Made by a program: the position numbers and the translations under genes. A stretch of 64,000 nucleotides of DNA from Gammaproteobacteria bacterium (lineage in GTDB: Bacteria > Pseudomonadota > Gammaproteobacteria > Eutrophobiales > Eutrophobiaceae): positions 512,001 through 576,000 of the forward strand of contig CBDCTH010000004.1 of assembly GCA_965222155.1 (NCBI GenBank), given 5' to 3'. Positions 28,093 through 38,200 of the stretch are shown piece after piece. The notes beneath the pieces are model-generated. The model was not told the DNA's origin, made no database searches, and saw only the letters and a list, made by a program, of their open reading frames with translations. Each line of letters starts with the position of its first letter. The first letter of the stretch is position 1.

Positions 28093-30000
28093 ATGATGTT
28101 CAAAAATCTTGTTAACGGTCTGAAAAATTCCCAACCCGTGTTGCGCCTGTACATCCGCACGGGCGTATTTCTGCACGATGTCCTGATGATCCCGGCAGCC
28201 TGGTACTTGGCCTACTGGTTGAGGTTCAACCTGGGGACCATTCCTGAGAACTCCATGCAGGTCGCGACACTCATGTTGCCGGTGGTGATCGTCTGCCAGT
28301 CATTCAGTTACGTAATTTTCGGTTTGTATCGCGGTATCTGGCGCTTTGCCTCCCTGTATGACTTCATCCGCATCGGCAAATCGGTTTACGTCGGCGCACT
28401 GATCGCGACAGTGGTGATATTTGCCATTACCGGGATGGAGCATGTACCCAGGTCGGTGATACCGTTGTATATCATTCTGCTTGTCGTTTTCCTGGGCGGG
28501 AACAGGGCGTTATACCGTTCCCTGAAAGATCAGCGTATGCGGGCCGGCGGCGGTAAACGGGTCCTGATCATCGGCGCCGGCGAGTCGGCCCAGATGCTGG
28601 CGCGTGATATGTTGCAGCAAGCCCGGGGTGAGTACCTGCCGGTAGGCATGATCGATGATAATTCCGACAAGCTGAACCGTGAAATTCACGGGATAAAGGT
28701 GTTTGGCGGGTTCGAGGAAATTCCCGAAGTGGCAAGGAAACAGTCCGTAGACCTGATTGTGATTGCAATCCCCTCATTGTCCTCCGCCAGGATGCAGAAA
28801 CTGGTCAGCATCTGTGAAAGTACCGAAACGGAGTTTAAAACCCTGCCTAAACTTGAAGATCTGATCTCCGGACAGGTCACCGTCAACTCCATTCAGGAAG
28901 TCTCTATTGAGGATCTGTTGGGAAGGGAAAAAATCGAACTGGATCGTGTCATGATGCGGGCCGGATTGTCCGGCAAAGTTATCCTGGTTACCGGTGGCGG
29001 CGGCTCAATCGGAACGGAGCTTTGCCGGCAGGTTGCCGGCTTTGTGCCGGACGCGTTGATCATATATGAACGGAGTGAGTTCAACCTGTACCGGATACAG
29101 AATGAACTGGAACATCAGTACCCGCAACTCAACCTGGTTACGGTATTGGGTGGTGTGTGTGACAGGCAACTTGTCGAGAGCGTTTTGGAACGATATAGAC
29201 CCGACATGGTATTCCATGCCGCCGCATACAAGCACGTGCCCCTGTTACAGGCGCATCCGGCCCAGGCCGTCAAGAATAATATTATCGGCACCCGGATCAC
29301 TGCCGAGGCTGCGAGCAAATTTCAATGTGACAAATTTGTATTTATTTCCACTGACAAAGCAGTTAACCCGACCAGTATCCTCGGGGCAACCAAGCGTGCG
29401 GGAGAGATTTACTGCGAGGGGATGAATGCGGTTTCCTCCACGCGTTTTATTACGGTCAGGTTTGGCAACGTGCTGGGTTCGGACGGCAGCGTAGTCCCGC
29501 TGTTCAGGGAACAGATACAATCGGGGGGTCCGTTGACGGTAACCCATCCTGATATGACCCGCTACTTCATGACAATAAGGGAGGCGTGCCAGTTGATCCT
29601 GCAGGCCAGTGTCGTGGAAGAGGAAGGGGGAATTTACGTACTGGACATGGGAGACCCTGTCAGGATCGACTACCTGGCTGAACAAATGATCCGTTTGTCC
29701 GGTAAAGTGCCCAGAGAGGATATTGAGATAGAATACGTAGGTCTGCGGCCGGGCGAGAAGTTGTATGAGGAACTGTTTTATGGCAGTGAAGAAAAAGAAC
29801 AAACAAGGAATGACAAAGTATTCCAGGCAAAACATACCCCGATTGACTGGAACAAAGTTAAACAGGCGGTTTCCCGTCTGGAACAGGCCCTTGCGGATGC
29901 GGATGACGACAAGATAAAAAGAATACTGGCCGACCTTGTTCCCCATGACAGTGATGAAGGGCCGCCTGAGTTTGCCAGGGTAGCCCATGGTGGTGCATGA
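28093..30000 (+). CDS. pglF: Membrane-anchored UDP-GlcNAc 4,6-dehydratase (PglF/CapD/WbpM)
   Basis: N-terminal TMs; TGGGGSIG, HAAAYKHVP, STDKAV, RFGNVLGS, RPGEKLYEEL. Confidence 0.9.
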   Translation: MMFKNLVNGLKNSQPVLRLYIRTGVFLHDVLMIPAAWYLAYWLRFNLGTIPENSMQVATLMLPVVIVCQSFSYVIFGLYRGIWRFASLYDFIRIGKSVYVGALIATVVIFAITGMEHVPRSVIPLYIILLVVFLGGNRALYRSLKDQRMRAGGGKRVLIIGAGESAQMLARDMLQQARGEYLPVGMIDDNSDKLNREIHGIKVFGGFEEIPEVARKQSVDLIVIAIPSLSSARMQKLVSICESTETEFKTLPKLEDLISGQVTVNSIQEVSIEDLLGREKIELDRVMMRAGLSGKVILVTGGGGSIGTELCRQVAGFVPDALIIYERSEFNLYRIQNELEHQYPQLNLVTVLGGVCDRQLVESVLERYRPDMVFHAAAYKHVPLLQAHPAQAVKNNIIGTRITAEAASKFQCDKFVFISTDKAVNPTSILGATKRAGEIYCEGMNAVSSTRFITVRFGNVLGSDGSVVPLFREQIQSGGPLTVTHPDMTRYFMTIREACQLILQASVVEEEGGIYVLDMGDPVRIDYLAEQMIRLSGKVPREDIEIEYVGLRPGEKLYEELFYGSEEKEQTRNDKVFQAKHTPIDWNKVKQAVSRLEQALADADDDKIKRILADLVPHDSDEGPPEFARVAHGGA

Positions 30001-30869
30001 AAATAAATAAAGCCGTGTTCCCCGTTGCGGGTCTGGGGTCGCGTACCCTGCCGGCCACGAAAGTTCTGCCTAAGGAAATGCTGACCCTGGTGGACCGCCC
30101 CATTATCCAGCAGGCCGTTGAGGAGGCGCTCAGCGCCGGTATCGGCGAGCTGATTTTTGTTACCGCAGAGACAAAACAGATCATCCGGGATCATTTTCAA
30201 CCCAATGCCTTGCTGGAAAAGGAATTGGCGCTGAGGGGGAAACAGGAATTGCTCGAAACTGTCAGGAGTATTCCACCGGAAGGGACAAGCTGCCGTTATG
30301 TCATCCAGCATGAACCCCTGGGGTTGGGCCATGCTGTCCTGTGCGCCAAACCCCTTATCGGAGATGAGCCGTTCGCGGTTATCCTGCCTGATGATTTGAT
30401 TTATCACGAGACGCGCACGTGTCTGCAACAGATGCTTGCCGTTTACCGGAAGAAAAACGCCAGCGTCATCGCGGTGGAGAACGTGGCGCCTGAAGATGCT
30501 TCCCGCTATGGGATCGTTGAAACAAGTGAGGGCGCCGACGGCATAAAAAAAATGAAATCGGTTGTGGAAAAACCCGCCCCCGAGGAAGCGCCGTCAACCC
30601 TGGCGATCGTAGGGCGCTATATTTTCACGCCGCGAATCATGGCGCTGCTGGAAACCACTCCCAGGGGCGCGGGGAATGAAATTCAACTGACTGACGCCAT
30701 TGCTGCGCTGATCGCTGAAGAAGATGTGTACCTGTGTGAATTTGAAGGCAGGCGTAGCGACTGCGGCTCAATCCTGGGATATATGAAAGCCAACGTTGAC
30801 TATGCGCTCAGGCATGAGGCGATTGGAGCGGAATTTCATGCCTACCTTAAAAATCTGGTGAAAGATTAA
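29997..30869 (+). CDS. galU: UTP--glucose-1-phosphate uridylyltransferase
   Basis: KAVFPVAGLGSR.LPATK..PKEML, GLGHAV, EIQLTDAI. Confidence 0.95.
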   Translation: MKINKAVFPVAGLGSRTLPATKVLPKEMLTLVDRPIIQQAVEEALSAGIGELIFVTAETKQIIRDHFQPNALLEKELALRGKQELLETVRSIPPEGTSCRYVIQHEPLGLGHAVLCAKPLIGDEPFAVILPDDLIYHETRTCLQQMLAVYRKKNASVIAVENVAPEDASRYGIVETSEGADGIKKMKSVVEKPAPEEAPSTLAIVGRYIFTPRIMALLETTPRGAGNEIQLTDAIAALIAEEDVYLCEFEGRRSDCGSILGYMKANVDYALRHEAIGAEFHAYLKNLVKD

Positions 30870-30890
30870 CAGTGTGACGCCACACTGATA

Positions 30891-31163
30891 TTATTTCGAT
30901 AAATCACGATAAAAAATTTCGTGTGAACCCAAGGCCAACAGGGTAATGCGGTCCGGTTTCTTCTCATGCCGGTAAGCCAGTAAATACTGTTTATCAGCCA
31001 CCTTGAATTTATACACGCGTACACCGGCAAGTGCGCCCTTTTTCATGGCGCCGATACTGGTGTCGTGAATAATCTTCCTTAGCGCGTCATCAACCGCTGT
31101 TTTATCTGTCTTGTGAAGCTTTTTAATCGTCCTGTAGAAGACACCGGTTTGAATCACGTGCAT
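30891..31163 (-). CDS. RelE/ParE-family toxin
   Basis: IGAMKKGALAGVRVYKFK...LLAY...LLALGSHEIFYRDL. Confidence 0.85.
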   Translation of the reverse strand: MHVIQTGVFYRTIKKLHKTDKTAVDDALRKIIHDTSIGAMKKGALAGVRVYKFKVADKQYLLAYRHEKKPDRITLLALGSHEIFYRDLSK

Positions 31164-31378
31164 CCAAATTGATACTCGCTGAGCTCCCCGGAATCTGCCT
31201 CTTCAAGCCCGATTAATATATCTTTCACAAAGCGTAACGGTAAATCAGGGTTTTCCTCAGTCATTTTGCCAATTATCGCCCAATGTTCAATCTGCTTCGG
31301 TGGCGAACGATGAAACACTTTGGCGTATTTAGTGGCATCCGCGACTAATTGATCTGATAGTTTGATGGCTTTTGACAT
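31154..31378 (-). CDS. ParD-like antitoxin
   Basis: MSKAIKLSDQLV...RSPPKQIEHWA.IGK..EENPDLP; palindrome GAAGGTT-N9-AACCTTC upstream at 31426-31448. Confidence 0.85.
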   Translation of the reverse strand: MSKAIKLSDQLVADATKYAKVFHRSPPKQIEHWAIIGKMTEENPDLPLRFVKDILIGLEEADSGELSEYQFGCT

Positions 31379-31481
31379 GTGTCCTCACAGAAATACAAAT
31401 TTATAAAGAGTATCTATTATAACCAGAAGGTTTCTTTTTGCAACCTTCGATTCTAATAATGACACAAGTCATCGTTTAAAA

Positions 31482-31557
31482 TGGCTCCCCGGGACGGGCT
31501 CGAACCGCCGACCTAGTGATTAACAGTCACCCGCTCTACCGACTGAGCTACCGGGGA
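31482..31557 (-). tRNA. tRNA-Asn(GTT)
   Basis: Reverse complement TCCCCGGTAGCTCAGTCGGTAGAGC...CTGTTAA...GGTTCGAG...GGAGCCA. Confidence 0.97.
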
Positions 31558-31579
31558 ATAGGTTTATATATCAGGGCTG

Positions 31580-31807
31580 TCAAGCCATGGCCTGCCAAAT
31601 GAGGCCCAGTGTCAGTGCCATATTTACGCCTACCATCCATTTAAGTACCTGCATTTCCGCTTTTACCTCAACTCGAAATTCGGTCAGGTCTGTTTTAGTA
31701 GCAACTTGCGTATGATCTAAAATTGATTCAGCGGCTTTGCGGGCTTTCATTTCCGGTACATTCACACTGAGTAATGCATCATATAGTTCCGTGTTTATCA
31801 TACTCAT
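31580..31807 (-). CDS. Small coiled-coil protein with C-terminal TM (DUF1640-like)
   Basis: ELYDALL...ARKAAE...VATKTDL...LKWMVG; GAGAGG-like RBS upstream. Confidence 0.65.
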   Translation of the reverse strand: MSMINTELYDALLSVNVPEMKARKAAESILDHTQVATKTDLTEFRVEVKAEMQVLKWMVGVNMALTLGLIWQAMA

Positions 31808-31868
31808 ATTGCCTCTCCTTATTAATTACGCTTGAGCGCTCCCACACTTGGAGATTATACACTTTTAG

Positions 31869-33053
31869 TCAACCCAGTGCATCTTTTAAACGCCCAATCG
31901 CAATCTCCAGGTTCTCCATGCTGGTGGCATAGGACAGGCGCATGTAGCCTTTTGCCCCGAAAGCCGAGCCCGGCACCAGGGCAACCTCTGCCTGTTCCAG
32001 CAGGTATTCGCCCAGTTCTATATCATTGTTGATGTTGTCCAGCTTATCAATTACACCTTGCATATTGGGGAAGCTGTAAAATGTGCCGTCGGAGGCAGTA
32101 CATTCAACGCCGGGGATGTCGTTTAAACCGGCATGGACGAAATCATGCCGCTGTTTGAAGATCGCCATACTCTCGTTGATATAGGCCTGGTCGCCGTTCA
32201 ACGCGGCGATGGCGGCGTATTGCGAGATGGAAGAAGCATTGGAAGTGCTTTGTGACTGGATTTTTTGTGCCGCTTTAACCAGTGGCAAGGGAGCGCCCAG
32301 GTAACCGATGCGCCAACCGGTCATGGAGTAGGCCTTGGAGACACCGTTGACCACAACAGTCCTGTCGTACAGTTCCGGGCAGACGTTGACGATATTTTTA
32401 AATCCATCCTGCCCCCACAGGATATGCTCGTAAATATCGTCCGTCAGAATGACTATATCCGGGTATTCCACCAGTACAGTTGCGATTTCCGCCAGTTCCG
32501 CCCTGGAATAACTGACCCCGGTGGGGTTCGACGGGCTGTTGATGATGAGCAGGCGCGTCTTGTCGGTGATGAACCTGCCCAGCTGCTTCGGGGTGATTTT
32601 GAAACGGTTCTTGATCCCGGCCCTGATCACCACGGGCTCCGCCCCTGCCAGTTTTGCCATGTCCGGATAGGAGACCCAGTAAGGTGAGGGGATAATCACT
32701 TCATCACCGGGGTTGAGTAATGCCTGCATCAGGTTGTAGATGCTGTGTTTGGCCCCGCAGGAGACGAGGACCTGGTCCGGTTCGTATGCGAGGGCATTTT
32801 CCCGATGAAACTTATCGGCGACGGCCTGTTTGAGGTCGGGCATGCCGCCCGCCGCGGTGTATTTTGTTTTGCCGTCATGGATAGCCTTGATCGCTGCCTC
32901 CTTGATATGGGTCGGCGTGTCAAAATCCGGCTCGCCCGCACTCAGGGCAATGATATCCCGGCCAGCCGCCTTTAATTCCGCTGCCTTGGCGGTAACGGCA
33001 AGAGTGGGAGAAGGCTTAATGCTAGTGGCGCGCTGTGCGACTCGAATTTCCAA
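31869..33053 (-). CDS. aspC: PLP-dependent class I aminotransferase (aspartate aminotransferase)
   Basis: [35 protein letters not shown]. Confidence 0.9.
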   Translation of the reverse strand: MEIRVAQRATSIKPSPTLAVTAKAAELKAAGRDIIALSAGEPDFDTPTHIKEAAIKAIHDGKTKYTAAGGMPDLKQAVADKFHRENALAYEPDQVLVSCGAKHSIYNLMQALLNPGDEVIIPSPYWVSYPDMAKLAGAEPVVIRAGIKNRFKITPKQLGRFITDKTRLLIINSPSNPTGVSYSRAELAEIATVLVEYPDIVILTDDIYEHILWGQDGFKNIVNVCPELYDRTVVVNGVSKAYSMTGWRIGYLGAPLPLVKAAQKIQSQSTSNASSISQYAAIAALNGDQAYINESMAIFKQRHDFVHAGLNDIPGVECTASDGTFYSFPNMQGVIDKLDNINNDIELGEYLLEQAEVALVPGSAFGAKGYMRLSYATSMENLEIAIGRLKDALG

Positions 33054-33203
33054 ACTGGTATCCTCTTTTTCGTACAGTTTCAGGCTATAACAAGCTGTGT
33101 GGCACGTTTGTTTGCGTTATCTGCACAGGCGTCAGAAGACGTCTGCTGCCGGGTTCTGCTTCGGGATGACGATTCGTGTATTATAATGCGGATCATTGCG
33201 GCA

Positions 33204-35228
33204 ATGGCAAAGAAATTCAAATTACAGGCTGATTTTTCTCCTGCGGGCGATCAACCCGAGGCCATTGCACAATTATACCATTCTATCCAAAGCGGGATCG
33301 CACAGCAGACACTGCTGGGCGTGACGGGTTCCGGCAAGACCTTTACCATAGCCAACCTGATCGAGAAATTGCAGCGCCCCACGTTGATCCTGGCGCCTAA
33401 CAAGACCCTGGCCGCGCAATTGTACGGCGAGATGCGGGAGTTTTTTCCCGCCAATGCCGTGGGATACTTTGTTTCTTATTACGATTATTACCAGCCGGAA
33501 GCTTATGTCCCTTCCACCGATACCTATATCGAAAAAGACGCATCCATCAATGAGCATATAGAACAGATGCGCTTGTCCGCTACCAAGGCCCTGCTGGAGC
33601 GCCCGGATACCATCATCGTTGCTACCGTTTCCGCCATTTACGGTCTGGGCGATCCCCAGGCCTACCTGAAAATGGTGTTGCACCTGGACCGGGGCGAGAG
33701 GATGGAGCAACGTTTTTTCCTACGCCGGCTTGCCGAGATGCAATATACCCGCAACGAGGTGGAACTGCACCGCGCCACTTACCGGGTTCGGGGCGACATT
33801 ATCGATGTCTATCCGGCTGAATCCGAGCGCGAGGGAATACGGGTCGAGTTGTTTGATGATGAGATTGAGTCCATTTCAATCTTTGATCCGCTGACCGGGG
33901 AAATCTACAAACAGGTCCCGCGCATCACCATACACCCCAAGTCCCATTACGTGACCGAACGCCAGATCATCCTTGATGCTATTGAAGTCATCAGGGAGGA
34001 ACTGTCACTACGGCTGGAGCAATTCCGCCAGACCAATAAGCTGGTCGAATTACAGCGCCTGGAGCAACGCACCCGGTTTGACCTGGAAATGATGATGGAG
34101 ATCGGTTATTGCACCGGGATTGAAAACTACTCCCGCCACCTGTCCGGCAGAAGGCCCGGGGAACCGCCGCCGACCCTGTTTGATTACCTGCCCCATAATG
34201 CCTTGCTGGTGGTGGATGAAAGCCATGTGACCATACCCCAGTTGGGCGCCATGTACCGCGGCGATCGTTCACGCAAGGAAAACCTGGTGGAGTATGGTTT
34301 TCGCCTGCCCTGTGCCCTGGACAACCGGCCGTTGCGCTTCGATGAGTTTGAACACCTCTCACCGCAAATGATTTTTGTGTCGGCAACGCCGGGTCCTTAT
34401 GAGCGTGACCGATCGGGCGAGATTATCGAACAGCTTGTCCGTCCTACGGGTCTGGTTGACCCGGAAGTGGACATACGTCCGGTTGTAACGCAGGTGGACG
34501 ACCTGTTATCGGAAATCCGTATCTGTGAGCAGCGCAATGAGCGGGTGCTGGTTACCACCCTGACCAAGCGCATGGCGGAAGACCTGACCGACTACCTGGC
34601 CGAACATGGCGTCAAGGTGCGCTACCTGCACTCCGACATAGATACGGTGGAGCGGGTTGAGATCATTCGGGATCTGCGCCTGGGGGTTTTTGACGTGCTG
34701 GTCGGGATTAACCTGTTGCGGGAGGGGCTGGACATGCCGGAGGTGTCTTTGGTGGCCATACTGGATGCCGATAAGGAAGGTTTTTTGCGCTCAGAGACGA
34801 CCTTGATCCAGACCGTAGGCCGCGCTGCCCGCAATATCAACGGCAGGGCGATTATGTACGCCGACAGGATGACAGGCTCCATCGAGCGGGCTATCCGGGA
34901 GACCGAGCGGCGCCGTGAAAGACAACGACGATTTAACCAGGCCCACGGTATTACCCCGCAGGGTATACGCAAGGCGGTCACTGACATACTTGAAGGGGCT
35001 TATAGCGATCAGCGCGGCAGGACGCGGCGCTATGCAAAAGTGGCAGAGCAGAAAACCGTTTACATGGAGCTTCCTCCTGACCTGCTGATGAAAAAAATTC
35101 GCCAGTTGGAAGAACAGATGTATCAACATGCCCGCGACCTGGAATTCGAGCGGGCAGCCGAGATACGCGACGAGATCGCGCGCATCAAGGAATTCAGCCT
35201 GGAAATCCACGAGCAGAGAGCCGGTTGA
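33204..35228 (+). CDS. uvrB: Excinuclease ABC subunit B
   Basis: [30 protein letters not shown]-terminal UVR domain. Confidence 0.98.
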   Translation: MAKKFKLQADFSPAGDQPEAIAQLYHSIQSGIAQQTLLGVTGSGKTFTIANLIEKLQRPTLILAPNKTLAAQLYGEMREFFPANAVGYFVSYYDYYQPEAYVPSTDTYIEKDASINEHIEQMRLSATKALLERPDTIIVATVSAIYGLGDPQAYLKMVLHLDRGERMEQRFFLRRLAEMQYTRNEVELHRATYRVRGDIIDVYPAESEREGIRVELFDDEIESISIFDPLTGEIYKQVPRITIHPKSHYVTERQIILDAIEVIREELSLRLEQFRQTNKLVELQRLEQRTRFDLEMMMEIGYCTGIENYSRHLSGRRPGEPPPTLFDYLPHNALLVVDESHVTIPQLGAMYRGDRSRKENLVEYGFRLPCALDNRPLRFDEFEHLSPQMIFVSATPGPYERDRSGEIIEQLVRPTGLVDPEVDIRPVVTQVDDLLSEIRICEQRNERVLVTTLTKRMAEDLTDYLAEHGVKVRYLHSDIDTVERVEIIRDLRLGVFDVLVGINLLREGLDMPEVSLVAILDADKEGFLRSETTLIQTVGRAARNINGRAIMYADRMTGSIERAIRETERRRERQRRFNQAHGITPQGIRKAVTDILEGAYSDQRGRTRRYAKVAEQKTVYMELPPDLLMKKIRQLEEQMYQHARDLEFERAAEIRDEIARIKEFSLEIHEQRAG

Positions 35229-35289
35229 CCACTATAACCCGTTGTTTCTTTTGATCGTTGCCTATAACTGATAGTTCTCAGCAAAACCG

Positions 35290-38200
35290 ATGAAACCCCT
35301 TATTTCTGTTACGGATTTATTAATTCTGGGCCTTACCCTGGCGGTGGTGATCATTCTTTTAACCAACAGTGGGGTTGAGGGTGGATACGACCTGTACGGC
35401 GGTGCGGACGCCGACACACTGATTGGTGATTCCGGCGATAACCTGATCTGGGGTGGGGCAGGCGCAGACGCCATAGACGGGAGGGACGGTATGGACACCC
35501 TGGACTACGGTGGGTCGGATGCGGGGGTCAGGGTAAACCTGGCTGCAGGGATGTTTGCTGGCGGCCATGCGGGGGGTGACATGATAACCAATGTCGAGAA
35601 TATTTGGGGGTCTGCTTTTGACGACATTATGACTGGTGACGCCGGTATGAATACGTTCATCGGTGGGCCAGGGGCTGATACCCTGGCAGGAGGGGGAGGT
35701 GATGACAACCTGCGGGGTGGAGAAGGTACTGACAGACTGCATGGCGAGGCCGGAGACGACACCCTGGCAGGCGGTTCCGGAGCCGATATCATTGACGGAG
35801 GAGGTGATCTGGATGCACTGGATTACAGGGAATCCGATGCAGGGGTCAGGGCGAATCTGCTCGATAATATTGTCGCCGGAGGCCATGCCCAGGGTGATCA
35901 TATCAGTGGCATTGAAAATATCTGGGGTTCTGCTTTTGCCGATCTTCTGACTGGCGACAGTGGCAGTAATATTCTGGACGGTGATGCCGGGAGTGACAGG
36001 CTGGATGGTGGAGAAGGCGCAGACATTTTGCGAGGGGGCCAGGATGCGGACGAAATATGGGGGGGTAGTGGTAATGACACGTTAGCTGGCGAGGCGGGCG
36101 CGGACGTGATGGACGGTGGTGAGGGTATTGACATTCTGGACTACAGCGGGTCTTTGGCGGGTGTGGAGGTGGATTTTGTGGCCGGCACGGGAGCCGGGGG
36201 CGATGCTGAAGGGGATCGGATAGTGGCTATGGAGAATGTCTGGGGTTCGCGATTTGCCGACCGTGTGACGGGTAGTGGCGGGGATGATTCGTTCTCGGGC
36301 GATGCGGGCGCAGACGAGTTGGACGGTGGCGCCGGTGATGACCGGTTATGGGGTAATGAGGGGGATGACCGGTTATGGGGCCGTGGCGGCAATGACAGTC
36401 TGGTGGGCGCTGCGGGCGCTGATGAGCTGTACGGGGGTGAAGGTGCTGACAGTCTGCTGGGTGGAGACGGTGATGACAGTCTGCTGGGTGGAGACGGTGA
36501 TGACAGTCTGTCGGGTGGTCCGGGTGCGGACAGTCTGTCGGGCGGTCCGGGTGCGGACAGTCTGGCTGGTGATGCCGGGGCGGATGAGCTGCAAGGCGAT
36601 GCAGGGGCTGACAAGCTCTATGGAGGTGAGGGTGCTGACAGTCTGCTGGGTGGTGAGGGTGCGGATACGCTGGCGGGCGAGGCGGGCGCGGACGTGATGG
36701 ACGGTGGTGAGGGTATTGACATTCTGGACTACAGCGGGTCTTTGGCGGGTGTGGAGGTGGATTTTGTGGCCGGCACGGGAGCCGGGGGCGATGCTGAAGG
36801 GGATCGGATAGTGGCTATGGAGAATGTCTGGGGTTCGCGATTTGCCGACCGTGTGACGGGTAGTGGCGGGGATGATTCGTTCTCGGGCGATGCGGGCGCA
36901 GACGAGTTGGACGGTGGCGCCGGTGATGACCGGTTATGGGGTAATGAGGGGGATGACCGGTTATGGGGCCGTGGCGGCAATGACAGTCTGGTGGGCGCTG
37001 CGGGCGCTGATGAGCTGTACGGGGGTGAAGGTGCTGACAGTCTGCTGGGTGGAGACGGTGATGACAGTCTGCTGGGTGGAGACGGTGATGACAGTCTGTC
37101 GGGTGGTCCGGGTGCGGACAGTCTGTCGGGCGGTCCGGGTGCGGACAGTCTGGCTGGTGATGCCGGGGCGGATGAGCTGCAAGGCGATGCAGGGGCTGAC
37201 AAGCTCTATGGAGGTGAGGGTGCTGACAGTCTGCTGGGTGGTGAGGGTGCGGATACGCTGGCGGGCGAGGCGGGCGCGGACGTGATGGACGGTGGTGAGG
37301 GTATTGACATTCTGGACTACAGCGGGTCTTTGGCGGGTGTGGAGGTGGATTTTGTGGCCGGCACGGGAGCCGGGGGCGATGCTGAAGGGGATCGGATAGT
37401 GGCTATGGAGAATGTCTGGGGTTCGCGATTTGCCGACCGTGTGACGGGTAGTGGCGGGGATGATTCGTTCTCGGGCGATGCGGGCGCAGACGAGTTGGAC
37501 GGTGGCGCCGGTGATGACCGGTTATGGGGTAATGAGGGGGATGACCGGTTATGGGGCCGTGGCGGCAATGACAGTCTGGTGGGCGCTGCGGGCGCTGATG
37601 AGCTGGATGGAGGTGAGGGTGCTGACAGTCTGCTGGGTGGAGACGGTGATGACAGTCTGCTGGGTGGAGACGGTGATGACAGTCTGTCGGGTGGTCCGGG
37701 TGCGGACAGTCTGTCGGGCGGTCCGGGTGCGGACAGTCTGGCTGGTGATGCCGGGGCGGATGAGCTGCAAGGCGATGCAGGGGCTGACAAGCTCTATGGA
37801 GGTGAGGGTGCTGACAGTCTGCTGGGTGGTGAGGGTGCGGATACGCTGGCGGGCGAGGCGGGCGCGGACGTGATGGACGGTGGTGAGGGTATTGACATTC
37901 TGGACTACAGCGGGTCTTTGGCGGGTGTGGAGGTGGATTTTGTGGCCGGCACGGGAGCCGGGGGCGATGCTGAAGGGGATCGGATAGTGGCTATGGAGAA
38001 TGTCTGGGGTTCGCGATTTGCCGACCGTGTGACGGGTAGTGGCGGGGATGATTCGTTCTCGGGCGATGCGGGCGCAGACGAGTTGGACGGTGGCGCCGGT
38101 GATGACCGGTTATGGGGTAATGAGGGGGATGACCGGTTATGGGGCCGTGGCGGCAATGACAGTCTGGTGGGCGCTGCGGGCGCTGATGAGCTGGATGGAG

